Positions 1-7,833 of a stretch of DNA of 64,000 nt are shown here, in pieces. The notes under the pieces are model-generated. The model worked only from the letters and a program-made list of their open reading frames with translations. It was not told the DNA's origin and made no database searches. The position numbers and the translations under genes are program-made. The DNA is from Thermodesulfovibrionales bacterium. Its GTDB lineage: Bacteria; Nitrospirota; Thermodesulfovibrionia; Thermodesulfovibrionales; SM23-35. How positions within the stretch are numbered: the first letter of the stretch is position 1; every line of letters starts with the position of its first letter. The stretch covers positions 13,064 to 77,063 of the forward strand of contig JAVHLL010000011.1 in the NCBI GenBank assembly GCA_031082155.1, given 5' to 3'.

Positions 1-596
1 TGTATTCCCTTCTGAATCACATCAATAAGCGATTCGATATACAGGGGATGGTCGTACCATTCTGCAATTGTAAAAAATTCGATGGGGTACTGCGATATAA
101 CCTCCCTGAATTTTGAGAGTGATGAACCTGAGGTCGCGATAGAATAATGCGGATAGAGGCAGAGCGCGATAAGTTTTCTTATCCCGGTGTTGTGGATTAC
201 AGGGATTACGTCCTCAGTAAACGGGTGCCAGTACCGCATTGCAATAAAGACCTTGTAATTGACATCCGTCGCCGCTTTACTGGACTTTTCCCTTCGAGGG
301 GGAGGGGCGGTTGGAGATGAATTCTGATTTAGTGATTCTTCGAGCGCTTTTGCCTGAGCACTGGTGATTTCGAGGATCGGTGATTTTCCTCCGATCATGC
401 GATAAAGATTCTCAGTTTTTCCTGAGCGCACGGAGGAGATGAGCCAGGCAAGGGGCTTTTGCAGAAAAGAAGGACCGAGACGGATTATCTGTCTGTCCGA
501 GAACAGGTTATAGAGAAAAGGCCCCACTGCCTGAAGCGAATCAGGACCGCCAAGGTTGAGAAACACAACTCCTATGGTGTTAGGATTTTTTCCCAT
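1..596 (-). CDS. hemH: Ferrochelatase (partial; C-terminus lies beyond position 1)
   Basis: Absent from the ORF track because it runs off the window. My minus-strand translation from ATG 596-594 gives MGKNPNTIGVVFLNLGGPDSLQAVGPFLYNLFSDRQIIRLGPSFLQKPLAWLISSVRSGKTENLYRMIGGKSPILEITSAQ...AMRYWHPF..., a typical ferrochelatase N-terminus. It overlaps the hemE stop by 17 nt. Confidence 0.85.
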   Translation of the reverse strand, partial: MGKNPNTIGVVFLNLGGPDSLQAVGPFLYNLFSDRQIIRLGPSFLQKPLAWLISSVRSGKTENLYRMIGGKSPILEITSAQAKALEESLNQNSSPTAPPPRREKSSKAATDVNYKVFIAMRYWHPFTEDVIPVIHNTGIRKLIALCLYPHYSIATSGSSLSKFREVISQYPIEFFTIAEWYDHPLYIESLIDVIQKGI

Positions 597-1611
597 AGGC
601 ATGCACTGCTTCGACCAGAGCTATCACATTCTCAACGGGTGTCTGAGGCATGACGCCATGCCCCAGGTTGAATATATGCCCGCGTGCTGATTCCCCTTTC
701 CAGAGGATGTCCTTGACGCGGTCCTCGATCTGCTCGTGAGGGAGAAAGAGCGCACAGGGATCAAGGTTCCCTTGGACGATTGCCTTTTTGCCGAGTTTTT
801 TTATCCCGTCGCCGAGATCGATCCTCCAGTCAATTCCGGTAACATCCGCACCGGTCTTCTTTATCTCTTTCAGAATACCTGCACAGTTGTTCGCAAAATA
901 GATGACCGGCGCCCCTTCCTTTTTCACCTCGGCGATTATACGTTTTACATAAGGGAGGGCGTATTTTGCATAGTCCAACGGAGTAAGTATCCCTGCCCAG
1001 GTGTCAAAGAGCTGAACCGCCTGGGTTCCGGCCTTTATCTGTGCAGAAAGATACGCGCTGACGGTCGTTGTCAGTTTATCCATCAAATAATGAAATGCGG
1101 GACTATTCTGAAACATCATCCGCTTGGTATGGACAAAATTCTTCGATGATCCCCCTTCAATCAGATATGTCGCGAGGGTAAACGGAGCTCCTGAAAATCC
1201 GATTAGGGGGACCCTGTTCGCGAGTTCTTTCCTCAAGAGTTTTATGGTATCGAAGATAAACGGGAGATCCTCCTCCGGATCGGGAATTTCCAGTCTCTCT
1301 ACCCCGGTCTTATTCCTGACCGGATCACTCAGGACAGGTCCCTCCTTCTCTGAAAACTCGAGACGCATCCCCATTACCTCAAGCGGGATGAGGATATCGG
1401 AAAAAAGGATTGCAGCGTCAACGCCGAGGATATCCACGGGTTGGAGTGTTACCTCTGCTGCGAGTTTTGGATTTTTGCAAAGGGTCAGGAAATCGACCTG
1501 GGAACGCATAGCCTGATACTCCGGCAGATACCGTCCTGCCTGGCGCATCAGCCATACAGGAGTATAGTCTACTGCTTCACCGCGGCATGCTTTCAGAAAT
1601 GTGTCGTTCAT
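580..1611 (-). CDS. hemE: Uroporphyrinogen decarboxylase
   Basis: 343-aa ORF. N-terminus MNDTFLKACRGEAVDYTPVWLMRQAGRYLPEY is the classic HemE signature region, and the length is typical. Confidence 0.95.
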   Translation of the reverse strand: MNDTFLKACRGEAVDYTPVWLMRQAGRYLPEYQAMRSQVDFLTLCKNPKLAAEVTLQPVDILGVDAAILFSDILIPLEVMGMRLEFSEKEGPVLSDPVRNKTGVERLEIPDPEEDLPFIFDTIKLLRKELANRVPLIGFSGAPFTLATYLIEGGSSKNFVHTKRMMFQNSPAFHYLMDKLTTTVSAYLSAQIKAGTQAVQLFDTWAGILTPLDYAKYALPYVKRIIAEVKKEGAPVIYFANNCAGILKEIKKTGADVTGIDWRIDLGDGIKKLGKKAIVQGNLDPCALFLPHEQIEDRVKDILWKGESARGHIFNLGHGVMPQTPVENVIALVEAVHAYGKKS

Positions 1612-1683
1612 GGTTCCCCCTTGATTTCTATTTTGATCATTTTGATAGTGATTGGTTGATTCCGAACCAAACTGTCCTTTGTC

Positions 1684-2763
1684 TCAACTTTGCGATTGGT
1701 GTGCTTTCTTGTACCGAACAGGTTTATATCCGCAGAATGGCTCTTCTGCGAGATAGTCGCCATGCACCGCATATGCCCGTGCACGGCATCCGCCACAGAC
1801 AGTCACGTACTCGCACGACCCGCACTTGCCTTTGTATTTTTTAAAATCACGGAGTTCCTGAAATAATTCAGAATGCTCCCATATTTCCCTGAACGATTGT
1901 TGGCTGATGTTTCCGGCAGGTTTCGGGAAATAACTGCAGGGAAGTACATTCCCATCTACGTCGATAAGTGCGATGAGCTGACCGGCGATGCATCCTTTTG
2001 AGCCTCCTGTTGAAAATTTCAACGTCCTCCTCTCGAATTTCGATCCTTCCTCTTTGGATTTCTGCAGAACGATCCGGTAATAATGAGGCGCACAGGTAGG
2101 TCTCACAAGGAGTGTTTTCTCGTCTTTTTCCATTTCATAGTGCCATTCGAGGATTTGTTCATATTCTTCCTTCGATATCAACTCGTTCATGATCTCTTCT
2201 CCTCTGCCCGTAGGAACGATCATGAAGAGATACCAGGCCGTCGCTCCAAGTTCCCTGGCGAGCGCATAGATTTTCGGGATTTCTTTCTGGTTTCGCTTCG
2301 TGAAGGACGAATTCACGATGAACTCAATGCCGTGTTTCCTGAAGAGGCGTGCTGCATTGAGTGTCCCGGCAAATGCACCCTTCTGGTTTCTGAAGTCATC
2401 ATGGACTTTTTCATCTGAGCCGTCGAGACTCAGGGAGACTATCCTGATGCCGGAATCTTTGATTTTACCGCAGGTCTCATCGGAGACGAGGGTCCCGTTT
2501 GTCGCGAGACACATCCTCAGTCCCTTCTCTGTGCCATACCGTGCAATCTCGAAGACATCCTCTCTCAGAAGCGGTTCTCCGCCCGAAAGAACAATTACCG
2601 GTTTCGCATAACTTGTGATGTCATCGATGATCCTGAACGCTTCTTCAACAGGGAAGTCAGGATGCGATTTTACTGCAAGTTCAGAGGATGAGCGGCAGTG
2701 AACGCATCGCAAATTGCAGCGTCTCGTTATTTCCCAGGCTATCCATTTCGGTTCGAAATCCAT
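1684..2763 (-). CDS. Radical SAM / SPASM-domain protein, AhbD/NirJ-like (putative anaerobic heme-maturation enzyme)
   Basis: CNLRCVHC (CxxxCxxC) radical SAM cluster motif near the N-terminus. Cys-rich C-terminal SPASM-like region ([18 protein letters not shown]). It sits directly upstream of hemE-hemH on the same strand. Confidence 0.8.
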   Translation of the reverse strand: MDFEPKWIAWEITRRCNLRCVHCRSSSELAVKSHPDFPVEEAFRIIDDITSYAKPVIVLSGGEPLLREDVFEIARYGTEKGLRMCLATNGTLVSDETCGKIKDSGIRIVSLSLDGSDEKVHDDFRNQKGAFAGTLNAARLFRKHGIEFIVNSSFTKRNQKEIPKIYALARELGATAWYLFMIVPTGRGEEIMNELISKEEYEQILEWHYEMEKDEKTLLVRPTCAPHYYRIVLQKSKEEGSKFERRTLKFSTGGSKGCIAGQLIALIDVDGNVLPCSYFPKPAGNISQQSFREIWEHSELFQELRDFKKYKGKCGSCEYVTVCGGCRARAYAVHGDYLAEEPFCGYKPVRYKKAHQSQS

Positions 2764-2774
2764 GATACCTCCAA

Positions 2775-4406
2775 TTATACCTGTAACTCTTGTAATTTTT
2801 TGTCCCAGATATGCGATTCGATTGCTTGAAGCAAGAGGCCGAATGAAGCAGGGTCCAGCGCGGATATCGGTATGGCCTCGTACCTGAACGCGAGGTTTTG
2901 TCTCTCATCATTCGGGATCCTGTCAGTCTTGTTCAACACAAGAAGCCGGGGTTTCCCGTCGAGATGGAGCTCCCGGAGGATATTCTCAACAGACGTGATA
3001 TGCTGCTCAAACCGGGGGTTTGTGCTATCAACAAGATGGAGGAGCAGGTCGGCGTCCTCGAGTTCTTCAAGTGTCGCCCTGAAGGCCGTCAGTAGGTCTT
3101 TGGGGAGATTCCGTATAAAACCGACCGTATCAGTGATCACAACCTCCCTCTCGCGCGGGAAGCGCAATCGCCTGCTTGCCGTATCAAGAGTAGCGAACAA
3201 TTTATCTTCGACAAACACCGTGCTTTTTGTGAGAGAATTCAAGAGCGTTGATTTGCCTGCATTGGTGTATCCGATAATCGAAACGATGGGAATGCCTCGT
3301 TCGATCCGTTTCTGTTTCCTCTGTTTCCTTGCCTCACTCAGGTGCTTTAGTTCTTTTTCGAGGAGCACGATTTTGTCGCGGACACGCCTCCTGTCTATTT
3401 CGAGTTTCATTTCGCCGGGACCTCTTCCGCCTATCCCTCCCATGAGCCGGGACATGGCAGTGCCTTTGCCTGTGAGCCTCGGAAGTCTGTACTTCAATTG
3501 AGCCAGTTCTACCTGGACCTTTCCGTCACGGCTGTGGGCGCGCCGTGCAAAGATATCGAGGATGAGTTGTGACCGGTCTATCACTTTCAGTTCGGTTAGT
3601 TCGGTGAGGGCTTTTACCTGTGACGGACTCAGTTCCTGGTCAAAGACAAGGAGTGTAGCCCCCTTGCTTAATGCATTGATGACGAGATCTTTGCTTTTCC
3701 CTTCACCCATAAGATACTTCGGGTTGATTTTCTTTAGCCTCTGTATAACGGTATCGAGCACAAGGAGGTTGCTTGACTCTGCAAGCTCCCGCAGTTCTTC
3801 CACCGAATCTTCCTGCTCGTACCGCGGCTGAGTAGAGACACTCACGAGAATAGCCTTCTCACGCCTGTCATCAGGGCTGAAGCTCCTGTGTCTCTCGGTT
3901 TCTTCTTCAAGAGAAGCGATGAAGGGGAGAAAGTCGATTTCAAATGCATGGAAATGCTGATACTCCATTATTTCGAGTGGTCTCTCGCCGTCAGGCATCA
4001 GATATGCGAGCTGGAAATTGCCCGGAAGCCCGTTTCTCACTCCTATGGAAGCTACGAGGTCAAACCTGAGCAGCGCCAGGTCTGTCAGGTCATCCTGTGT
4101 GAGAGGTTCCTCATTGAGATGTGTGTGAATCAGCCTGAGACCCCGGAGCGCTTTTCTTCCCAGAGGATAGCTTTCCAGTTCTGGGATAAATATCCCTCTT
4201 GCATCGCCGACAATTACATGAGTGATAGTGCCGGACCTTTCGATCAGAATACCGATCTGTCTGTTGATTTCGAAGGAGATTTCTGTGAGGTATCGTGCAA
4301 GTTCCGGGGTTATAACTTCACGGGTTACCCTCCTCCTGTATATCCTTTCGAGTGCATTCAGGTAACTGGCCTTGAGTCCTGACAGATTTCCGTGCAGCGC
4401 TGCTAT
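2775..4406 (-). CDS. hflX: GTPase HflX (long form; start codon non-canonical or uncertain)
   Basis: The ORF track gives 2775..4040 (GTG start), with the G-domain motif [13 protein letters not shown] translated 122 further in-frame sense codons upstream (4041-4406) with HflX N-domain-like sequence. A TAG at 4409-4407 bounds the frame. See finding. Confidence 0.88.
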   Translation of the reverse strand: MAALHGNLSGLKASYLNALERIYRRRVTREVITPELARYLTEISFEINRQIGILIERSGTITHVIVGDARGIFIPELESYPLGRKALRGLRLIHTHLNEEPLTQDDLTDLALLRFDLVASIGVRNGLPGNFQLAYLMPDGERPLEIMEYQHFHAFEIDFLPFIASLEEETERHRSFSPDDRREKAILVSVSTQPRYEQEDSVEELRELAESSNLLVLDTVIQRLKKINPKYLMGEGKSKDLVINALSKGATLLVFDQELSPSQVKALTELTELKVIDRSQLILDIFARRAHSRDGKVQVELAQLKYRLPRLTGKGTAMSRLMGGIGGRGPGEMKLEIDRRRVRDKIVLLEKELKHLSEARKQRKQKRIERGIPIVSIIGYTNAGKSTLLNSLTKSTVFVEDKLFATLDTASRRLRFPREREVVITDTVGFIRNLPKDLLTAFRATLEELEDADLLLHLVDSTNPRFEQHITSVENILRELHLDGKPRLLVLNKTDRIPNDERQNLAFRYEAIPISALDPASFGLLLQAIESHIWDKKLQELQV

Positions 4407-4503
4407 CTATATCCTCCAGAATACTTTTATAATATATTTTATCATAGAACTAAGAGAAACGAATCTCTTTCATCCTTATTTCATGAAGAACAGGGAGGAT
4501 TCC

Positions 4504-5079
4504 ATGAAGAAAATCAGTGAGAAAAACATTGAGGGAAGAACTCTCCGCCTTGTTCAGGGAGACATTACGGAGCGGAATGTGGATGTGGTCGTGAATGCTG
4601 CAAATTCTTATCTCAAGCATGGCGGCGGCGTCGCGGGCGCTCTTGTAAAAAAAGGCGGACAAAGTATCCAGGATGAAAGCGACAGGATAGGGTTTGTCCC
4701 TGTTGGACATGCGGTGCTGACCGGCGCCGGGAAATTACCTTCGAAGTTTGTTATCCATGCAGTTGGTCCGAGAATGGGGGAGGGAGATGAAGAGAACAAA
4801 CTCAGGGATGCTCTTCTTAACAGCCTTATACTCGCTGACAGCAAGGAGTTCAGGAGTATTTCGATCCCTGCAATAAGTTCGGGCATCTTTGGTTTTCCAA
4901 AGGACAGATGCGCTCAAATATTGATAGGCGGATCATTGGAGTATTTAAAAAATAATCCTCACAGCAGCTTTGCAGAGATCGAATTCTGCGTGTTTGATGA
5001 CCAGACTGTCAGGTACTTTACGCAGGAATTTGAAAAAATCGGACACTATACAGGTTTATTGAAAAAAAAGTTAAAATAG
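4504..5079 (+). CDS. Macro-domain protein (ADP-ribose / O-acetyl-ADP-ribose binding or deacetylase)
   Basis: LRLVQGDITERNVDVVVNAANSYLKHGGGVAGAL...IHAVGP...SISIPAISSGIFGFP is a typical macro-domain pattern. Start placed at ATG 4504, which follows GGGAGGA. The track ORF (4372) begins in an AT-rich promoter-like region. Confidence 0.85.
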   Translation: MKKISEKNIEGRTLRLVQGDITERNVDVVVNAANSYLKHGGGVAGALVKKGGQSIQDESDRIGFVPVGHAVLTGAGKLPSKFVIHAVGPRMGEGDEENKLRDALLNSLILADSKEFRSISIPAISSGIFGFPKDRCAQILIGGSLEYLKNNPHSSFAEIEFCVFDDQTVRYFTQEFEKIGHYTGLLKKKLK

Positions 5080-5129
5080 TGTAAAAAAGAGAGAATTTCT
5101 CTGCTGTACGACAGAAAGAAACAGAAATA

Positions 5130-6281
5130 ATGAAAACTATTTCATATGATATTATTGTTGTAGGGGGCGGGCCGGTCGGAAGTTATACCGCATGGTTATT
5201 GGCCAGAGAAGGATTCCGTGTGGGGATATTTGAGAAGAACCCCGAAATCGGGAAGAATATCAATTGCACAGGCATCATCAGCGCTGAATGTTTTCAACAA
5301 TATGATCTGCCCGAAAATACCGTCATACGACCTATATTGTCCGTCAAGGCAATAGCTCCTTCAGGAGATTCCCTGAAATATCAGGCAGCCTCACCATTCG
5401 CGTATGTCGTCAGGCGCGATATGTTCGACCGTGCCATACACAAAAGGGCTGAACAGGCAGGGGCTGTCACCCACCTGGGGTCAGGGGTAAAAGAGATTGT
5501 CGTAACCCGTGACGTCTTCTCAATAAAAACAGGGAAAGCGGGAGAAGAAGAAACGTTCTCTTCAGAGGTCGGGATAATTGCAACCGGCTTTGAAATGCAT
5601 AAATTACCGGGTATCCCGGGAAGACCGGGAGACTTTTTCTTCGGCGCACAAACTGAAGTCAGCATGGAAGATATTGAAGATGTCGAGGTCTACTTTGGTG
5701 AAAAAATCGCTCCTGGCTCTTTCTCCTGGATTGTGCCTACAAACGACAGGAAGGCCAAGATAGGCCTGCTTACCCATAATAACCCGGCAACATTCCTGAG
5801 AAAATTCATCAAAAGCCGTCATATTTCCGGGAGAGTAACCCTATGGGAAAGTCCAATCAAAAGCAGCCCGATACCGACAAGGACAATCCCGAAAAGCTAT
5901 GCCGACAGGCTTGTCGTGGTGGGTGAGGCTGCCGGACAGGTCAAGGCAACAACAGGAGGCGGAATATATTTCGGACTGCTCTGTTCTGAAATTGCAGCCG
6001 ATACTGTTCTCGATGCATTCCGGCAGGGAAACTTCACCGAAAAAGTCCTGAGGGCATATGACAAAGCATGGAGGAGCAGACTGGACCCCGAACTGAAAGC
6101 CGGTCAGAGATTGAAGAATATCTATTCGATGCTTTCAGACCGGCAGATCGATTTCCTTATCGATCTCGCACGCAAGGACGGCATTCTGCCGGTTATAGAG
6201 AGAGCCGGCTTCGACTGGCATAAAGATATCATTACCCACATCATCCGCCATCTTATGCCAAAGAATTTTTTCAGGAAATAA
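5130..6281 (+). CDS. FAD-dependent oxidoreductase, geranylgeranyl reductase family
   Basis: N-terminal dinucleotide fold YDIIVVGGGPVGSYTAWLLAREGFRVGIFEK. Length and C-terminal pattern resemble the GGR/ChlP-like family. Confidence 0.8.
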   Translation: MKTISYDIIVVGGGPVGSYTAWLLAREGFRVGIFEKNPEIGKNINCTGIISAECFQQYDLPENTVIRPILSVKAIAPSGDSLKYQAASPFAYVVRRDMFDRAIHKRAEQAGAVTHLGSGVKEIVVTRDVFSIKTGKAGEEETFSSEVGIIATGFEMHKLPGIPGRPGDFFFGAQTEVSMEDIEDVEVYFGEKIAPGSFSWIVPTNDRKAKIGLLTHNNPATFLRKFIKSRHISGRVTLWESPIKSSPIPTRTIPKSYADRLVVVGEAAGQVKATTGGGIYFGLLCSEIAADTVLDAFRQGNFTEKVLRAYDKAWRSRLDPELKAGQRLKNIYSMLSDRQIDFLIDLARKDGILPVIERAGFDWHKDIITHIIRHLMPKNFFRK

Positions 6282-6296
6282 CCCCCTGCAATGCAA

Positions 6297-6332
6297 TAAA
6301 AAAAGGGCAGGCTGGAAGCCTGCCCTTTTTTT
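6297..6332. terminator. Bidirectional rho-independent terminator between convergent genes
   Basis: A7 run, then GGGCAGGC (6304-6311), loop TGGAA, GCCTGCCC (6317-6324), then T8 (6325-6332). It lies between the GGR-family stop (6281) and the atpE stop (6343). Confidence 0.8.
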
Positions 6333-6342
6333 TCTGTATCTC

Positions 6343-6708
6343 TTACTGAAGGAGTTTTCCGAACGGGTTCACGAAGATGAGGATCAGGACGACGACGAGT
6401 GCGTAAATTGCGAGAGACTCGATCATCGCGAGACCGATGATGAGGGTTGTGGTGATCTTTCCGGATGCACCAGGGTTCCTTGCGACTCCTTCGCACGCAC
6501 CACCAAGACCAGTACCCATACCGATACCGGTACCGAGGGCTGCGAGTCCCATTCCTAAGCCGGAACCGAGCGCTGCGAGAGCATAGTAGAAGATGTTGGA
6601 GCTACCACCTGTTGTTGCAGCTGCAGCAGCCTCTTCAGCAAAGCAGAGCGGTGCTAATAACCAGATCAATGCGAGTGAAAGAAGCATTACACTTAAGACT
6701 TTTCTCAT
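6343..6708 (-). CDS. atpE: F0F1 ATP synthase subunit c with N-terminal signal-peptide-like extension
   Basis: [63 protein letters not shown] is a c-subunit hairpin with the conserved carboxylate (E in IESLAIY). Start at ATG 6708 follows AAGGAGGA. The longer track ORF (to 6768) overlaps atpB. Confidence 0.9.
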   Translation of the reverse strand: MRKVLSVMLLSLALIWLLAPLCFAEEAAAAATTGGSSNIFYYALAALGSGLGMGLAALGTGIGMGTGLGGACEGVARNPGASGKITTTLIIGLAMIESLAIYALVVVLILIFVNPFGKLLQ

Positions 6709-6739
6709 TTTTTCTTCCTCCTTTCCAGAAAATTGTAAA

Positions 6740-7423
6740 TTAATGTGCCTCTTCAACGGCACCGGCAAAATAGCAGATAGTCAAAAGGGTGAACACGAGA
6801 GCCTGCACAACGCTCACGAGCAACCCCAGTCCGAGAATTACTGACGGAATGAACCATGGAGCGATAATCCCGAGAACAAGGAGTAGGATATGTTTCCCTG
6901 TCATATTGCCAAAAAGTCGGACTGTCAGTGTCAGCGGACGTACGAAGTGACCGATGAGCTCAATCGGAAACATCAGAATCATGAGCGGGAGCCCTGAAAG
7001 TGAACGAATCGGGCCGAGAAAGTGGTTCAAGTAATGGATACCATTTACCCTGAACCCCATAAACTGATAGAACAGGAAGACGGGGATTGCCATAGCTGCA
7101 TTCGTATTGACATTCGCTGTGGCTGCAGTAAACCCTGGCACCAAACCCATCAGATTGCATACAAGAATGAACAGGAAAATTGTACAGATGAAGGGGAAGA
7201 AAGACCTGCTCCAGTGATGGCCTATAGTCTCGTCGGTTAATTTTAATATGTACTCGACCATCATTTCGACAAAATTCTGGAGACCCCTGGGTACGAGGCG
7301 CAGTGAACCTTTGATGGCAAACGCAACAGTAATCAAAAGGATAGATGCAAAAATTCCATAGCTGACATTATGGGGAATCACTTCGGGTTTCATAAAGGCA
7401 TCAAACAACAGGACTTCTTCCAT
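6740..7423 (-). CDS. atpB: F0F1 ATP synthase subunit a
   Basis: 227-aa polytopic membrane protein with the subunit-a C-terminal pattern ([20 protein letters not shown]). GAGGAGG SD lies 5 nt upstream, and atpE follows immediately. Confidence 0.9.
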   Translation of the reverse strand: MEEVLLFDAFMKPEVIPHNVSYGIFASILLITVAFAIKGSLRLVPRGLQNFVEMMVEYILKLTDETIGHHWSRSFFPFICTIFLFILVCNLMGLVPGFTAATANVNTNAAMAIPVFLFYQFMGFRVNGIHYLNHFLGPIRSLSGLPLMILMFPIELIGHFVRPLTLTVRLFGNMTGKHILLLVLGIIAPWFIPSVILGLGLLVSVVQALVFTLLTICYFAGAVEEAH

Positions 7424-7514
7424 ATAGACCTCCTCAAGGGGATAAAAATCGCACTTATCTTACATAACAATTTTCTGAAAAGTCAATAGAAAATACCCGC
7501 TTTTAAAATAAATG

Positions 7515-7823
7515 CTATTTTTCCATCGGGAATGGAGAGATGTTCGGATCAAGGACATATGCCTCTCTGAAATACCTGGCTGACTCAGCATGATTCTTCA
7601 ACTTGTAGTTCGCATACCCGAGCAGATAATAGGCATAAGGATCAGGTTTCTGTTCAACATACTCCTGAAGATAGATGGCCGCGTTTTTAAAATCTTTCTT
7701 CTTATACGCTTTCATCGCCTGGTCGTATGGATTTTCCTCTGCCGGTGCAATTCCGGCAAGGGAAAACAGAACAAGAATGCTTACTATGCAGCCGATAAGC
7801 CATGTGATCCGTAAACGATTCAT
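7515..7823 (-). CDS. Small secreted TPR-like protein
   Basis: Start at ATG 7823 follows AGGAGGG. Signal-anchor MNRLRITWLIGCIVSILVLFSLAGIAPA, then TPR-like AMKAYKKKDFKNAAIYLQEYV...YYLLGYANYKLKNHAESARYFREAYVLDP. Confidence 0.6.
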   Translation of the reverse strand: MNRLRITWLIGCIVSILVLFSLAGIAPAEENPYDQAMKAYKKKDFKNAAIYLQEYVEQKPDPYAYYLLGYANYKLKNHAESARYFREAYVLDPNISPFPMEK

Positions 7824-7833
7824 TGTAGCCCTC

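Noticed and set aside
3888-4382. 164-aa plus-strand ORF in the apparent gap upstream of hflX
   Set aside because: The opposite strand encodes a stop-free, HflX-N-domain-like continuation of hflX. The plus-strand product has no protein-like features.
6343-6708. Na+-specific c subunit
   Set aside because: The ion-site region reads GIGMG...IESLAIY. The Gln of the Na+ signature (GIGQG) is Met, and the Thr after E-S is Leu. A proton-coupled ring is therefore more likely. This cannot be decided from sequence alone.
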